Shown piece after piece: positions 25,394 through 38,039 of a stretch of 64,000 nucleotides of DNA (positions are counted from its first letter, which is position 1; each line of letters starts with the position of its first letter). The translations under genes were made by a program, and so were the position numbers. The notes under the pieces are model-generated. The model searched no databases, had not been told where the DNA came from, and saw only the letters and a list, made by a program, of their open reading frames with translations. Source of the stretch: Somniosus microcephalus (taxonomy: Eukaryota); NCBI GenBank assembly GCA_052327205.1, contig CM126216.1:70370001-70434000 (forward strand), written 5' to 3'.

Positions 25394-26362
25394 GTTTCAG
25401 CACAGAATTCCACTGAGCAACAACAACATAGTTTAACTGTGGATTCTGAGTCTGGCAAGTCTACTGATGTGCCCATTTCTGAGGGACACCGGGCTCGAAC
25501 TCAACTCCATTTCAAACTACAACAGCAATTAGAACAAATGCTTCGCTGTTTTGAGCAAGAGTTGAATGCAACGAAAGAGTTCTTTGATATAGAGTTGGAG
25601 AATCTGGAAAGACAACAGAAGCAGCTGATGGAGAAAATGGAGCAGGAGCACACAAAACGTCTGATGTCAGAGGAGTTAACGGTCGGCCAACTCCTGCATA
25701 TGCTGAAGGACAGGACTCTGAAATGGGAAAAACTTGAACACGAACTTCAATATTCAAACGAAAGGGGTTCGGAGCTCTCAAAGGTTATTGGAAGAGCTGA
25801 GGTGGCAACACAGACTGAGATGACTGCAACAGAGCAACCCTTGGATGCCAAAAGTACGCTGACTCACGTCAACGTAGAACAACAGACCGCTGAAACAGCT
25901 GCTCCGGTAGAGGGATTGAATAGTCCGATCAATCAATCTCCAAAAGAAGTTGAAGTAGTAAAATCTCAAATGAGGTCATTAGTAAACGACTTGCTGAAAG
26001 CCCAGAAAAAGCTGGATGAAGAGGTACGCATGAAGAAGTCTCTTCAGGAAAGATGTCTGGACTTGGAACAAAAGCTGGCTAACGCCCAGCTGGGTATGGA
26101 GGAAATAGAAGACCCTCTCGCTGGCCTAGATCAGGACGACACCGAATATTACTATGTCCTGTCCTGCCCAACTTGTAACTTCGACTCCCACCATACAGAA
26201 ATCATGGAGGAGCACCGAAAGTCTACGGAACATCGGGAGAAGGTGGCTCTACTACGGAAAAAGGAGGAAGAGAAGGAGGAACTGCGCATGCAGCTGGCAG
26301 CTGACAGTGGAGCCCAGAGAGTCTCCAAGAAGCAGAAAAGGAAAAGTCGAAACAGAAGATGA
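25394..26362 (+). CDS. 3' part of the chimeric ORF: STK10/SLK-like coiled coil, optineurin-like coiled coils, C2H2 finger, basic tail
   Basis: In frame with gag-PR once the MITE and one TSD are removed. [34 protein letters not shown] is STK10-like; [14 protein letters not shown] and MKKSLQERC are OPTN-like; CPTC..H..H finger. Confidence 0.8.
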   Translation, partial: VSAQNSTEQQQHSLTVDSESGKSTDVPISEGHRARTQLHFKLQQQLEQMLRCFEQELNATKEFFDIELENLERQQKQLMEKMEQEHTKRLMSEELTVGQLLHMLKDRTLKWEKLEHELQYSNERGSELSKVIGRAEVATQTEMTATEQPLDAKSTLTHVNVEQQTAETAAPVEGLNSPINQSPKEVEVVKSQMRSLVNDLLKAQKKLDEEVRMKKSLQERCLDLEQKLANAQLGMEEIEDPLAGLDQDDTEYYYVLSCPTCNFDSHHTEIMEEHRKSTEHREKVALLRKKEEEKEELRMQLAADSGAQRVSKKQKRKSRNRR

Positions 26363-27999
26363 CCCATCTGAACCATTATTACCTCTACCAGATCACGCAC
26401 GTGGTCCCTCCGAACGGAGCCAATTCAGTTCGGAAGTTCAAACTGTTAAATCCATGGAAGGACTATTGAATGAGTCACTCCAGCAACGTGAACCGACTAC
26501 ACCACAGAGATTGAATCTGTGAACTGTTTTCCGCAGAGACTGAATCTGTGATCTGTTTTGACATGAAGTTATCTATGTATCTATGTTATTCTGTTATGTA
26601 AACCTGAAGTTATATATGTATATATGTTATTACGTTATGTTAAATGGGGAGATGACTGTAAAGCTAGGAAGGGAGGAATGTTGTGTATGTAATATGTGTG
26701 CTACTTTGAACCTATGGACAGGACTGCACTACTTGTAGGGCGTAGTGATACGCAGTACCACTCCTGGCCATAGGGGTATAAATAGTACTGTGGGTACTGA
26801 TCTCCCCTCAGTTCCCGCCTGTGGGCATGAAGTAAAGACCTACGTATAGTCCCTACCTCCAACCAGTAAAGACCTGTTTGAGTTATACGTTTAAGTCTTT
26901 GTGTTAATTGTTCAATACAATACACATACTTAACACTAACCACTCTGCCACCGTGCTGAATCGGCAGCTCATTTTACATCTCTCCTGACTTTGAATTAAT
27001 GGAAATAAAGATCAGGAGAGATGTAAAACGGGCTGCTGATTTACTATCACCCATTTTACACTATCGCACAAAGTCAAAATTACCCCCAGTGTATCTAGGC
27101 CAAGAAGGAATCATCCTGGCTTTCTGCTCCTGATTGCTGTTTAATGACCCTAGCTGGAAAGAGCATATGTGGCTGGCAGGTCAGGACAGGATCCAGCTCC
27201 ACTGTGATGTTCTCCAGCCCATTTGCCAAATAGCCTGCCAGCACTCACAAGGCTCTAATATTAAGAATGGGTGAGGTATCAGAGGACTGATGACACTCAT
27301 GAAAAGGCATCTAAGAATTAGACAACACCTTCATGAGGAGGAGGGAGAAAATTAGTTGCACAAATGGGGGGGGGGGGCATCTACTTCTGAAAAACAAAAT
27401 GCTGTGCATAAACGGGACTCTGTCAAGTGTTCTGAAGTGTGACTTTGCACCATTTGTTGCTTCTCGGAAAAAAGACAAAAATGTCAAAGTGCAGTACACA
27501 TCATTACTGTACATTTGAAACAAGCATTCCATAACAGGTCAAATTCTTTCCCCTGGCCACCAATGTGTCAATGTGTTTTCAGAGTTTTTTTTAATGGTTC
27601 TGTTTCTCTTCTCTTTCGCATTTCCATCCTTGCTCTTTGCTGGCAATTTGTATTATAGGAGTTGTAAAACCAGGAATTGAAGCTAAGTTTAATTTAGTAT
27701 GCACATTCTAATTTTTAATATAAAACCTGTATGAATAGTTAAATAATGAGTAATTAATTAGATCTAAGGGTATAAAATAAACTAAGTAAAAGATACCAAT
27801 ATTAAAGGGATCTGAATAACATTAAATAAATATCTGGTGTACACAAATAATAAATAGGAAATAATCAGAATAATTACAAATTAATTTGATATCAATCTAA
27901 TCCATCAACTAATTAATATTAGACCTCAAGCATTTTTATTAGCTCTGGAGATAAATTGCTGCTAACAATAAACAAATAAATAAAGATTAGATATGACAG

Positions 28000-29895
28000 C
28001 ACAGGCAGTGTGTCGGGACTGCAGTATGTGATCATTTGTGGACAGCGAGACTGTCACATCTGCAGGAAATGTCTCTGCCTTGAGACACTCCAGCTCAGTC
28101 ATTGGCTGGAATTTTGCCTACTTGGGCGGGTCCGGTACGGGCGGTGGCCATGGCGGGTCGCAACCCTGCTGCTGAGTGCGCACCATCACCAGACATAAGC
28201 GCACCCAGTACCAATGCAGATACACACACCTCAGTGGGTGCCACGCGAGATAGAATAGTGTTGTCACCTGGTGTCTCACAACTCACAAGTGACCAAGAAC
28301 AGATGGTGGAGACAGGGACAGCAGTGGAGAGTCCTCACTGGAGGGCGCAGGACGCTCCTAGCTCTGCTCAGCTGCATGCAAACGCTGAGCCTCGGGGACC
28401 ATCCAGAAAGAGGGCGATCCCGGAGGTGCAGGAAGTAGTACAGGGGGCTCTGACAAATTTTGTGAGCGCGATGTCTGCAAATGTTCAGAGAATGGAGCAG
28501 TCCATCTCCAACACGAGCAGCACTGTGTCACAGGTGCTGGCGCCTGTAGGCTCCTCCATGGATAGGATGTCCACCTACATGGAACAGCTAATGCGCCACT
28601 CACAGGAGCACATCGTCGCTATGGAGAATAATGGCTATATATGGAGGACAGATGGCTATGTATGGAGAATAGATGGCAGAGGCTTATAGACCTCTCTAGG
28701 AGGGATGTCAGCATAGACGTGGGTCCTCATGGCCCCACTGATGTGCAGCAAGGTGCTCTCCAGCTCCTTGGCAGCAGGGAACTGAGCTGAGGCCACAGGG
28801 CTAGCACCTCGTAGAAGCACGCGGAAGAGAAAGATGACACACAAGTAGATTCACAAGGGTAGCCACTTGGGTGTTTTATCCAATGTTTCCGTTAGTGTGC
28901 TGTCAAACATAAAAATCTTTATTTTCAACACTTTCCGGTCTTGGACAGATTTGTGTGCACCTTTGTAAGTGGCTTAGTGAGTTGCAGTGAATGGTGAGAC
29001 ATAACGGTATCTCCAGCAATGGTGGTGAGTGTGAAAGGAATGGCTTGGTCATTGCAGGGATGCTTATGGTGTTGCTGTGTGGTGGTGCCAACCTAGCGCA
29101 TCATGTGGCAACCATGTGGGTATACTGCATCAAGTGAAGTAAATCTGGCTATGATGAGACCATCCCTGGCCTCCCGGGCAGCAATGTGCTCGGGTGCTGA
29201 TGCCCTCTGTCCTGTGCAGCATCAGGTGATTGCGGAGAAGTTTTGTGTTGTTGTTGGTGCTGCTAGTGTACCTGGTGCTGCTGGTGTTGGGGCTGATCGT
29301 GGTCAGATCCTGAGGACCAAGGTGAGACAGTATAAACGGAATCCATGCAGATGGAATAGATGGCAGGTGAAGTACAGATGACAGAAGCAATCTGTGAATG
29401 GTGAGAGAGGTTCTTCCACTGAGGTGACACTGGATGGAGACTTTGCTGGAAATACTGCAGCCTGCAGAATCTGTGCTGGGAATGCAGTGAGAAACAGCTT
29501 CTGCTGAGGAAAGTGATTATCTGTCAGGTGGGAGCTTTTATAGTACATTTGATGCTGTCAACTAATCAGCTGGAGCAATGGCCACTCAACTCCCGCCTCA
29601 GGTTGACAGACGTGGTTCCCGAGCACGTGGCCCCCGAGCACGTGGCCATCCAGTTAAATTTAAAAGGTAAGGTTAAAACCACTCTTAATGGTCTGACAAC
29701 TACCTAGCTACTAATAATTTAAATTGGGTCGCCAGCCTCTGCTGGTCGGGTTGGGTCCGCGCTGACAGACGCACCTGGGGGAAAGGCGCCTGGGAGCAGG
29801 ATGACAGTGGGTTCCCGACCCGCTCCCAAAAATAACAACTTTCCCACCCGACCCACATCCAATTGTGCCCGCTGCCACCCTGGAAAATTCTGGCC
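28000..29895. mobile_element. Internally deleted Harbinger remnant, same family as the element at 1-6572
   Basis: 28960-29200 resembles 215-400; 29250-29400 resembles 5950-6080; same terminal GGAAAATTCTGGCC; plus-strand accessory-ORF remnant at 28102-28689. Confidence 0.7.
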
Positions 29896-29899
29896 ATTC

Positions 29900-31395
29900 C
29901 GGCCATTGAGCTCAAGTGCGAGTTAGAGACACTCCATCACATAAGGGAGTCGGTAGAATTTCTGGGTTGTATTCTCCAGAGTACAGAGTACAGTCACACC
30001 TCAGAGGAAAACACAAGTTCAGAAAGGGTAGAGTGTGACTGTCAGTCAGCAGGATACGGGAAACCTAGAGGAGCTAGAAAAGGAGGTCCTGCAGACATTG
30101 GGCCTATCCAACAGGTACAATGCACTTGCTACCTGTGAGAATAAGGATGAAGGTTGCAAGGAGGATGGCCAGAATGCGAACCATGGCATCGTAGAGTAGG
30201 AGGCAGTGAAAAGATGTTGGGGGGGCGGGGGGGGGGTGGGAAGAAGCAGAATAGAAAGGGTGTAGTCATAGGGGATTCGATAATTAGGGGTATAGGTACT
30301 GTCCTCTGAAGTCGCGACCGAGAACAAAATTAAAAAGCATGATCTCACAAGTGGTAATCTCGGAATTACTACCCGAGCCATGTGCTAATTGGCATAGGGT
30401 TAAGCAGATCAGGACGGTGACTGCGTGGCTGAAGGAGTGGTGTGGAAAGGAGGGGTTCCATTTTATGGGACACTGGCACTAGTACTGGGATAAGGTGGAA
30501 CCGTACCACTGGGACAGGCTCCACCTGAACCGGAATGCGACCAAGGTCCTAGCAGAAAGGATAAATAGGGCGGTGGATGTGGCTTTAAACTCGGAAGATG
30601 GTGGGAGGGGTCTGGTAGAAATAACATGAGCCTAATGATAAAAGAAACAGGAGAGGAGAGTAAAGTAAAGGCAAAGGACAAAGATAACATAAACAGTCAG
30701 GGAACAAATACAGTTATAGAACAGAAGTATAAAAAGACTGTTAAAAATAAAGTGAGAGGAACAACTAATAAAAAACAAATTAAATTGCCTGTACAGCAAT
30801 GTACACAGCGTCTGAAATAAAATGGGGGAACTGGGGGCAATAATTCGTAGCGAGGAGTCAGATGTAGTCAGGATAACTGAAACATGGGACTGGCAATTAA
30901 ATATTGCAGTTATAATATATCTACAAAGGATAGGGAAGGAAGAAGGGGAGGTGGGGTAGCTGTACCAATTAGAGATAACATAATAGCAGTAGAAAAAAAG
31001 AGACATAACTAACAGTAAGATAGAAACAGAAGGCATATGGATTGAGATAAAAGTTAAGAAGGGATTTATCATGTTAATAGGGATATTCTACAGACCACCT
31101 AATAGTGGAAGGGATGTGGATGAAGAAATATGTAAGGAAAACTATGAAATTAGTAAAAGATATATAATAATCATGGGAGATTTCAACTACCCCCAAATAA
31201 ACTGCCAAGAAGAGGCAGCTAAAGTGGAAAAAGGAATGGAGTTTTTACAGTATGTACAGGACTCCTTTGTTACCCACCATGTGAAAAGCCCAACAAGAGT
31301 GGAATTGCTGCTGGATCTAGTAATGGGAAATGAATCAAAGCAGATAAGGGAAGTAACAGTAGGGGAACATCTAGGTAATAGCGATCACAACATAT
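29900..31395 (+). mobile_element. CR1 LINE 5' remnant (ORF1 esterase and ORF2 endonuclease), degenerate
   Basis: VVIGDSIIRG and LNRN-type ORF1 motifs; IGIFYRPPN, IIMGDFNYP, LLDLV, LGNSDHN. Confidence 0.85.
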
Positions 31396-31396
31396 T

Positions 31397-31880
31397 GGGC
31401 CTGAATTTGCTGTCGGAGGCTTCCCGCGGGGAAATTCCTCCGATTCGCAAATAAAATCTGCGCCTACCTTCTGCCTTGGGATCCACGGAGACTCGCGTTC
31501 CTGGGCCTCTACACGTAGACATGCGTAAAGGCCCACGTATTCCAGGGGCGCAGGCGGTTCGCAAGCGCCCCTGGGATCATGTGGAACAGCCCAACCAATG
31601 AAAGAAGGGTGATTCCCATTCATGCTTATGGGGATTCCATACGTACGGAATCCCCATAAGCATGAATGGGGAATCACATAACAAACACATTTACATACCA
31701 AATAAATAAAAATTACATATTTAAACTAATTTAATTAACCATTTAAAATAAAAATTAAATTTTTTGAAAAATAAATTTAAACATTTTAAAGGGGCTAAAA
31801 ATAACCGTAACTTATATTACAGATGTTTTAATGTTTAAATAATTGAATTTTTTTTTTAATATTCATTTAAACTCTTAAGC
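31397..31880. mobile_element. Partial Harbinger-type MITE related to family A, opposite orientation
   Basis: Starts GGGCCTGAATTT; contains reverse-complement similarity to 7120-7350 and 32420-32640. Confidence 0.55.
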
Positions 31881-31905
31881 AAATATTAGCTGTACATTAC
31901 AATAT

Positions 31906-32655
31906 GGCCCAGAAATTCGGGTCTCCATGGGTGAGTACGCACGGGGTACTCACCCGTAGGCCCAAGGGAAGTGCCCGTTTCCTGCATGCGCGGGAAACCG
32001 GCACTTCCGTTCCTCTGAACGAAGGGGTTCAGAGGTCGAACGCGTGTGTGGGGGAGGCTGCGCGTGCGCATCGAACTTCGGTCTTTTTTACAGGTTTTCC
32101 CGGGAACGTAAGCCTGCAGAATTTAGAAATGTAAAAAGCAGGCGTAAGGCCTGCTTTTTACAAGGTAAGTGGTGAATTAATTAAAATTAAAACATTTTTT
32201 CCACAGGTTTATTATTTTAAAATACTTTAAAGCAAAGTAAGTTTATTTTTAGCCCCGTTAGAAAATAAAATTATTATTTTTTAAATTTAAATTATTGTTT
32301 AAAAGTTATTTCATGTAATTTATAGTTTATTTAAAAAATGTGATTTAAAAAAAAAATTATTTGAAAATTTAGTGCTATTTTGGGGCCGTAGTATTTATAA
32401 GTCTTGACAGCACTTCCTGTCAGACTTATGAATGGAGCATTCCCTGCTCCGTTTGGCTCCCCATGGCCCACGTGATCCCAGGGGACGCATCGAACTAACT
32501 GCGCCCCTGGGATACGCAAGCACTGCGTGCCGGCAGCTGGACCAGGCCCCGGATCGGAATTCCACGGGGGCTCACAGCTCAACGGCTGGCGCGTAAAGTA
32601 AGTGCAGGTCGGGGGCTTGCACCCACGGGAAGCCCCCGACCCGAATTTCTGGGCC
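31906..32655. mobile_element. Harbinger-type MITE (family A, copy 2)
   Basis: TIRs GGCCCAGAAATTCGGGTC/GACCCGAATTTCTGGGCC; 3-bp TSD TAT. Confidence 0.88.
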
Positions 32656-35600
32656 TATATGTTTAAGGCCCAGAAATATATATTTTAGCTAAAAAAAGAG
32701 CTAAACACTAATTCTAAACCTTTCCATTCCTATTTCCCTTTTTTAAAACTTAAATGACGTTTTACTTGCTTTGAAAGCTACCTTTTTAGCCAATTAAAAT
32801 TGCAGGGCCTGGAGGCTATCTGCTGACATGAAGTAGGTGGTGGGATCGGAGTGTCTTGTGGGTCTCACGTTCGGGAAGTGGGGAGTGCAGGGCAGGGGAG
32901 ACCTAACCTTTCTTACATTGACTCCTAGTCTACCACACCTCAATTTAAAAATTCTTATTCTTGTTTTAAAATTCCTCCATGGCCAAAATATCATGGTTCC
33001 ACAGGCTAAGCCAAAGTAAAAAACAGATTTGCCCATAGGTGCTGCTGTTATGCTTCTGCAGCAAAACTGTAAAAAAAGACAAGAGTACACCTTTGGGGTT
33101 TAGTCCAATAGCAAAAGCATCTTTAACAAATGTTGGGGGCAAAATTGGATAGCCCCCAAAAATGGGCGCGGGGATCGCGATGAGTGATTAAGCCGTGCCT
33201 GTTGTTTGAAATGCAGGCTGCACGCCATCTTCGTGCTGACTGCTCATTATCATGATTTCTGCATGCAGCCAGCACTAACCACGCTGTTCATTGGCTGCAC
33301 GCATCAGCAGGGGGCCTAAAATCGTAACTTCCTAGCACTACTTAAAGCTAGCCCGCAACTCTTAAAGGGGATGTGCATTGTGGCTGGAATAGGTGCTGGG
33401 AGTCGTGCAGAAAGTGAATCTGACCTGGGAAAAGGTGAAGAATGGCACAACATAGGAGAGAGCGGGCGCTAAGATTTTCCGACGCTGCACTAGAGGTCCT
33501 GGTGGAGGAGATGGAAAGGAGGAGACATGTCCTATATCCTCGGGGTCAGGAGGTCCTCCAGACACATGGTCAAATGGCATTGGGAGCAGATAGCCATGGA
33601 GGTGAATGCCAGGAGTCTAACCCCGAGAACCTGGATGCAGTGTCACAAGAAGTTCAATGACCTCAAAGGAGTGGTCAAGGTCATCTTCGAATGCCATATC
33701 CTACCAACTACACCACTAGCCTCAGCCACTGTTCAATTCAACACACTCCCATCACTCAGCTACCAACAATCTCTATCAATCAGCACTCATACCTAGCATT
33801 CATATGCTCCACCGCACCTTCACACACTTTGCACTGCTGCAAGCCTCACACCCACATCTCACAGCTTGCGCACATTGCCAGCTATTTAACCATGACAGGC
33901 ACATCAATCAAACAGACTGCATGACACTCACTGACACACTTCCCTCTCTCTTGTAGGAGAAGGTGGCGCACAACCGGAGGCTGCAGGAACTAAACGGAGG
34001 GGGACAGGCACGCCTGCATGTCCTAACCCCCATGGAGGAGACGGAGCTGACCACTATTGGAACGGAGCAGCAGGGCTGAAACCATTGAAGATGACGGTAT
34101 CCTCATACCTAATCCTCCTTATCACATCCCACTTCCCTCTCATCCCACAATCTCTTCTGACTTACAAGGTGTAAGCATGCACCTCTTACTTTCCCCCACT
34201 CCCCTCACCACAACCTTACCCTTGTGCCTTTTACCTTTCAGATACCCAAGAGCTGCAATCTGGCCAGGCAATGGAGGAACACCAAGGAGACAGTGATGTT
34301 GAAGACACACTGTCAGTTGATTTCACACTTGCTGCCATCAGCTCAGATACCGACACTGCGCGTATCTTAGAGAATAGCATAGAGGCAAGATCTGCATTTG
34401 GTGAGACACCGGGTACGAGTGCCCTGCAGCCAGGGCAGGGGGCAAGGATAGCGCAGGTGTCAACTCGCCGGAGAGCGAGGTGCAACACGAGTTCTGCTGC
34501 AGAGAATTCAGATGAGGACTTTGATGGGGCAGGCTACAGAAGAAGGCTGATGGGCATACACAACAAAATGCTTGGTGCATTGGGAAGTCTGCCAGAAAGC
34601 CTGCGTTCAATGTCAAGAAGCATGGAGAAGTCCAGCACCAACTTGGCACTGGGCTTTGCGCATAGATTGGTGGCTAACTCCATGAGCACACTTGTGGACC
34701 CAAACATGATACAGTGTCTGATGGCCGATATCTCAACTTCCACTGCAGCACAAGCAGCTTCCTCTAAAAGTCTGAGTGCTGCAGTGGAAGCTCAGACTGA
34801 AGTCATGCCAGGTCAGACTGGTGCCATCATGGCTGCAGGTACCAGTGTTCAAAGGGGCTTGCAGGGTGTCACAGCAGTCCAGAAATTTGTCCTCCAACAA
34901 ATTACTAGGGTTGCTGAGGCGCTACCCTGGGGGAGTGGCAGTGGCTCCATGGATGACAGCGTTCGTGTTTTCCACTCCTGTCACTGTGCCAGTGCCCTTG
35001 CTTTTCCTGTCAGCCAGCCAGCCAGCCCAGATTGCTGCCGCCCATACTGGGATGGTGCAGTCTGAAGCTGGGCCTTCTAGGTCCAGAGCTGCTCGAGGTC
35101 GTCCTCCAAGGCCATCTATAGTCTCCTCCACTGAAAGTCAGCTGCCTTCTACAGCCACCGGGGTAGCACTTCGTAGGAGCACTAGAACAGGCAAAGGCAC
35201 ACGGAAGACAGGCACTAAGGGAATGCACATGGTTGATTAGTTTAACTGTGTATAGAATATGGCATGATTTCATTTATAAATTTTGTTTGCACTGTTTATT
35301 TTGTGGTGGCTTTTATTTTTGCATTGTGGCCAAGAGGATGATGCACTGGTCGGTGACAGAGGGAAGGAAGGAGTGTAGGACTGTTGGTGAATGAGGAGAT
35401 GAGGTTGTGGTTACTGGTATCGCACTTGAATTAGTTCTTCATGGACAGCCCGGCCAGAAAGGGGCTGTCTAGGTTGGCACCTCCCTTCCTCTTCCTCCTC
35501 ATCTTCCTCCTGCCCCTCAGCTGCTCACCTGATAGCTGGTGGCAAGGGCGGTCCCCTCATGATGGAAATGTTGTGCAGCATGTAGCAGACCACCATGAAT

Positions 35601-36702
35601 CTTGAGACCTGCTCAGCAGAGTACTGCAGGGCTCCTCCAGAGCGGTCCAGGCAGCGGAATTGTTGTTATAGCATGCCAATGGTCTGCTCTATCACATTTC
35701 TTGCGGCAGCATGGCTCTCATTGTACGCATGCTGCGCACATATGCGTGGTTACGAACCTGAGTCATGAGCCATGTCGTCAGCAGATAGCCCTCGTCACCC
35801 AGTAGCCACCCTTTGGTTTGCCATGGTGGCTGAAATACAGCTGGCACAGTGGACTGCTGAAGAATGAAGGCATCATGACTGCTGTCAGGATACCGGACAT
35901 TGACCTGCATGATGCGCTGCCTATGGTCACACACCAGACGGACATTGAGGCACTGGCATCCCTTTCGGTTCCGGTACATGACAGAGTTGACATGCATCCT
36001 CTGGAAAGCGATGTGTGTGTAGTCAATGGCACCCTACACCATGGGGAAGCCTGCAATCCTAGCAAACCCTTGTCTTCGTTCCGCCTGCTTGTCTCTGGTA
36101 AGAGAGAATGAAATGTAGTTAGCTCTCTTTGAACAGAGAGCCTCAGTGACCTCCTTAATGCAACAGTGGAGGGCAAACTGCGAGATATTGCTAGTATCTT
36201 CAGCTCCAGCCTGGAAGCAGACAGACATAAAACTTCATCGCCACGGTCACCTTCACAGCCACTGGCAATACGGTCCTTGCCCTGTTCTGAGCTTGGAATT
36301 GCAGCTGCAGCAGTTGACAGATTTCAGTGAGAACGTCATTATTGAAGGGCAGACGTCTCACACATTGTTCCTTGCTGAGGTTCAGGTAGGAGAATTGCTC
36401 CCTGAACACCCTGGGCAGATATGGCCTCCTGCTAAGCGCCCTGTTCCCTCTTCTAGCAGCTTGCGCTGCTCTGCGTGGCCTCTGTTCATTCTCCAAGTCA
36501 TGCTGTATTCCAAGGGGAATTCCTACTAGTGCACCCATGTCTGGCAGCAAGTGGTTTGTGCAGAAGCCTTGAAGTCAGCAAAATGTCCTTCAGCACCTGC
36601 CACACCACTCCCTGTAGACTTTTGCAATGTGAAACAACTGTGGAAAGCACCAAACAGTTGTAGAATTGTAGCAACAGTCAGAAGAAATCAACCAGCAATT
36701 AA

Positions 36703-37165
36703 CCTGTGCTCGCTGACCTACATTGGCTCCCGGTTAAGCAGTGCCTTGATTTCAAAATTCTCATCCTTGTTCTCAAATCCCTCCATGGCCTCGCCCCTTC
36801 CTAGCTCTGTAATCTTCTTCAGCCCCACAAACCCACCCCCCGCCCCGAGATATCTGCGCTCCTCTAATTCTGCCATCTCGAGCATCCCTGATTACAATCG
36901 CTCAACTTTTGGTGGCCGTGCCTTCTGTTGCCTAGGCCCTAAGCTCTGGAATTCCCTCCCTAAACCTCTCCACCTCTCTACCTCTCTTTCCTTCAAGATG
37001 CTCCTTAAAACCTACCTCTTTGACCAAGCTTTTGGTCACCTGCCCTAATTTATCCTTATGTGGATCGGTGTCAAATTTGTTATCTTAAAATACTCCTGTG
37101 CAGTGCCTTGGGACACCTTACTACATTAAAGACACTATATAAATACAAATTGTTGTTGTTGTTGT
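36703..37165 (+). mobile_element. L2-type LINE 3' fragment inside the Harbinger element
   Basis: RSTFGGRAFCCLGPKLWNSLP..FKMLLKTYLFDQAF, followed by CTATATAAATACAAAT(TGT)n tail. Confidence 0.8.
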
Positions 37166-37435
37166 AAGTAGTTGATGATCCCTTTAAATAGCGCGTGTGG
37201 GGGGTCCTTCAAGCTGTTTAACGGCGTTCAGCTGTGCGAGGTTAATAGAGGGCGTCGGCTGCAGCATGGAGCTCCAAAATGGCAGCGCTGCTGTGAAATC
37301 AGCGTTGCATGCTGATAGACGTCATGATCTGCCTGCTCTACATACTTCCGGTGGACATTAGCTGCGCGTGCGCTAATGCCTTCACCAATATGGGGTCCGG
37401 CGGGATTCATACTAGAAGTGCACGCGCAGCGGATG

Positions 37436-37573
37436 CTATTTTGGTCCTCAAATGGCACCCATAGCGCCCAAACAACGGACACTATTTTGATCCTCAAATG
37501 GCACCCATAGCGCCCAAACAACGGACGCTATTTTGGTCCTCAAATGGCACCCATAGCGCCCAAACAACAGGCG
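37436..37573. repeat. Tandem repeat, 3 x 46 bp, Harbinger subterminal
   Basis: CTATTTTGGTCCTCAAATGGCACCCATAGCGCCCAAACAACGGAC(A/G) starting at 37436, 37482 and 37528. Confidence 0.92.
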
Positions 37574-38039
37574 CTGCCAAGCCCAATTTCACGTCCATTA
37601 TGTTTTGCTGGTAAACTAATTCTTTCAGCTACTATTGCAACAGAAAATATTATGCATTTGAAAGTTGAAAGTTTAAAACTGGATTTTGTAGTGTACAGAT
37701 CAAAGAAGTGTTAAGTTGTACTAATGTACCACAGCACCAGTACAAAATAAACACAGGCTTTGTCACTTTCAGGATGTATGGTTGCAATACAATTACTTAG
37801 AGCACACTTAAGATCTCTTAAACAAAATATCTCTTGTCTACATAATAGTCATTGCACCTAAAAGATAGATAATCCATTCTGCGAAGCGCTTTGAGATGTT
37901 CTGCAACATGATGAGGTGCTATATAAATTTATTTCTTTAAAAACTAAACTCATTCAAAATGCCCACTCAGCACAGCAACCCAGCCAGTGGTCATGAAGGG
38001 CAACGATCCCAACTGACATGACCATTAGTGTGCAGGAAA

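Larger units (their letters stand above)
22570..26935 (+). mobile_element. Non-autonomous Gypsy (Mag-like) LTR retrotransposon carrying captured host-gene fragments
   Basis: 257-bp TG..CA LTRs (22570-22826, 26679-26935) with one mismatch seen; TSD CTAAC; PBS TGGCGACGAG at 22828-22837 (tRNA-Ser-like); PPT AGGAAGGGAGGAA at 26666-26678; no RT, RNase H or integrase core. Confidence 0.95.
22330..26958 (-). mobile_element. V-SINE (HE1-like), split by Gypsy element 2 (parts at ~22330-22569 and 26941-26958)
   Basis: Reverse complement shows a tRNA-like head (GCACGGTGGCAGAGTGGTTAGCACTG..GGGTTCAAATCC) and the V-domain TGTGTGGAGTTTGCACATTCTCCCCGTG..GGGTTTCCTCCGGGTGCTCCGGTTTCCTCCCAC. Confidence 0.85.
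33135..37596. mobile_element. Full-structure two-gene Harbinger transposon (convergent Myb/SANT gene on +, transposase on -), degenerate
   Basis: Myb-like MAQHRRERALRFSDAALEVLVEE..RTWMQCHKKFNDL from 33442, with apparent introns; transposase 36550 to 35413 (GFARIAGFPMV, YRNRKG, HDAFIL, LLGDEGY); degenerate TIRs ..AAATTGG/CCAATTT.. Confidence 0.88.

Noticed and set aside
25439-26362. Independent host gene or processed pseudogene
   Set aside because: GTG start only, lies between LTRs, in frame with gag-PR, and chimeric.
37436-37573. 46-bp repeats as a CRISPR-like array
   Set aside because: Head-to-tail copies without spacers, inside a eukaryotic transposon.
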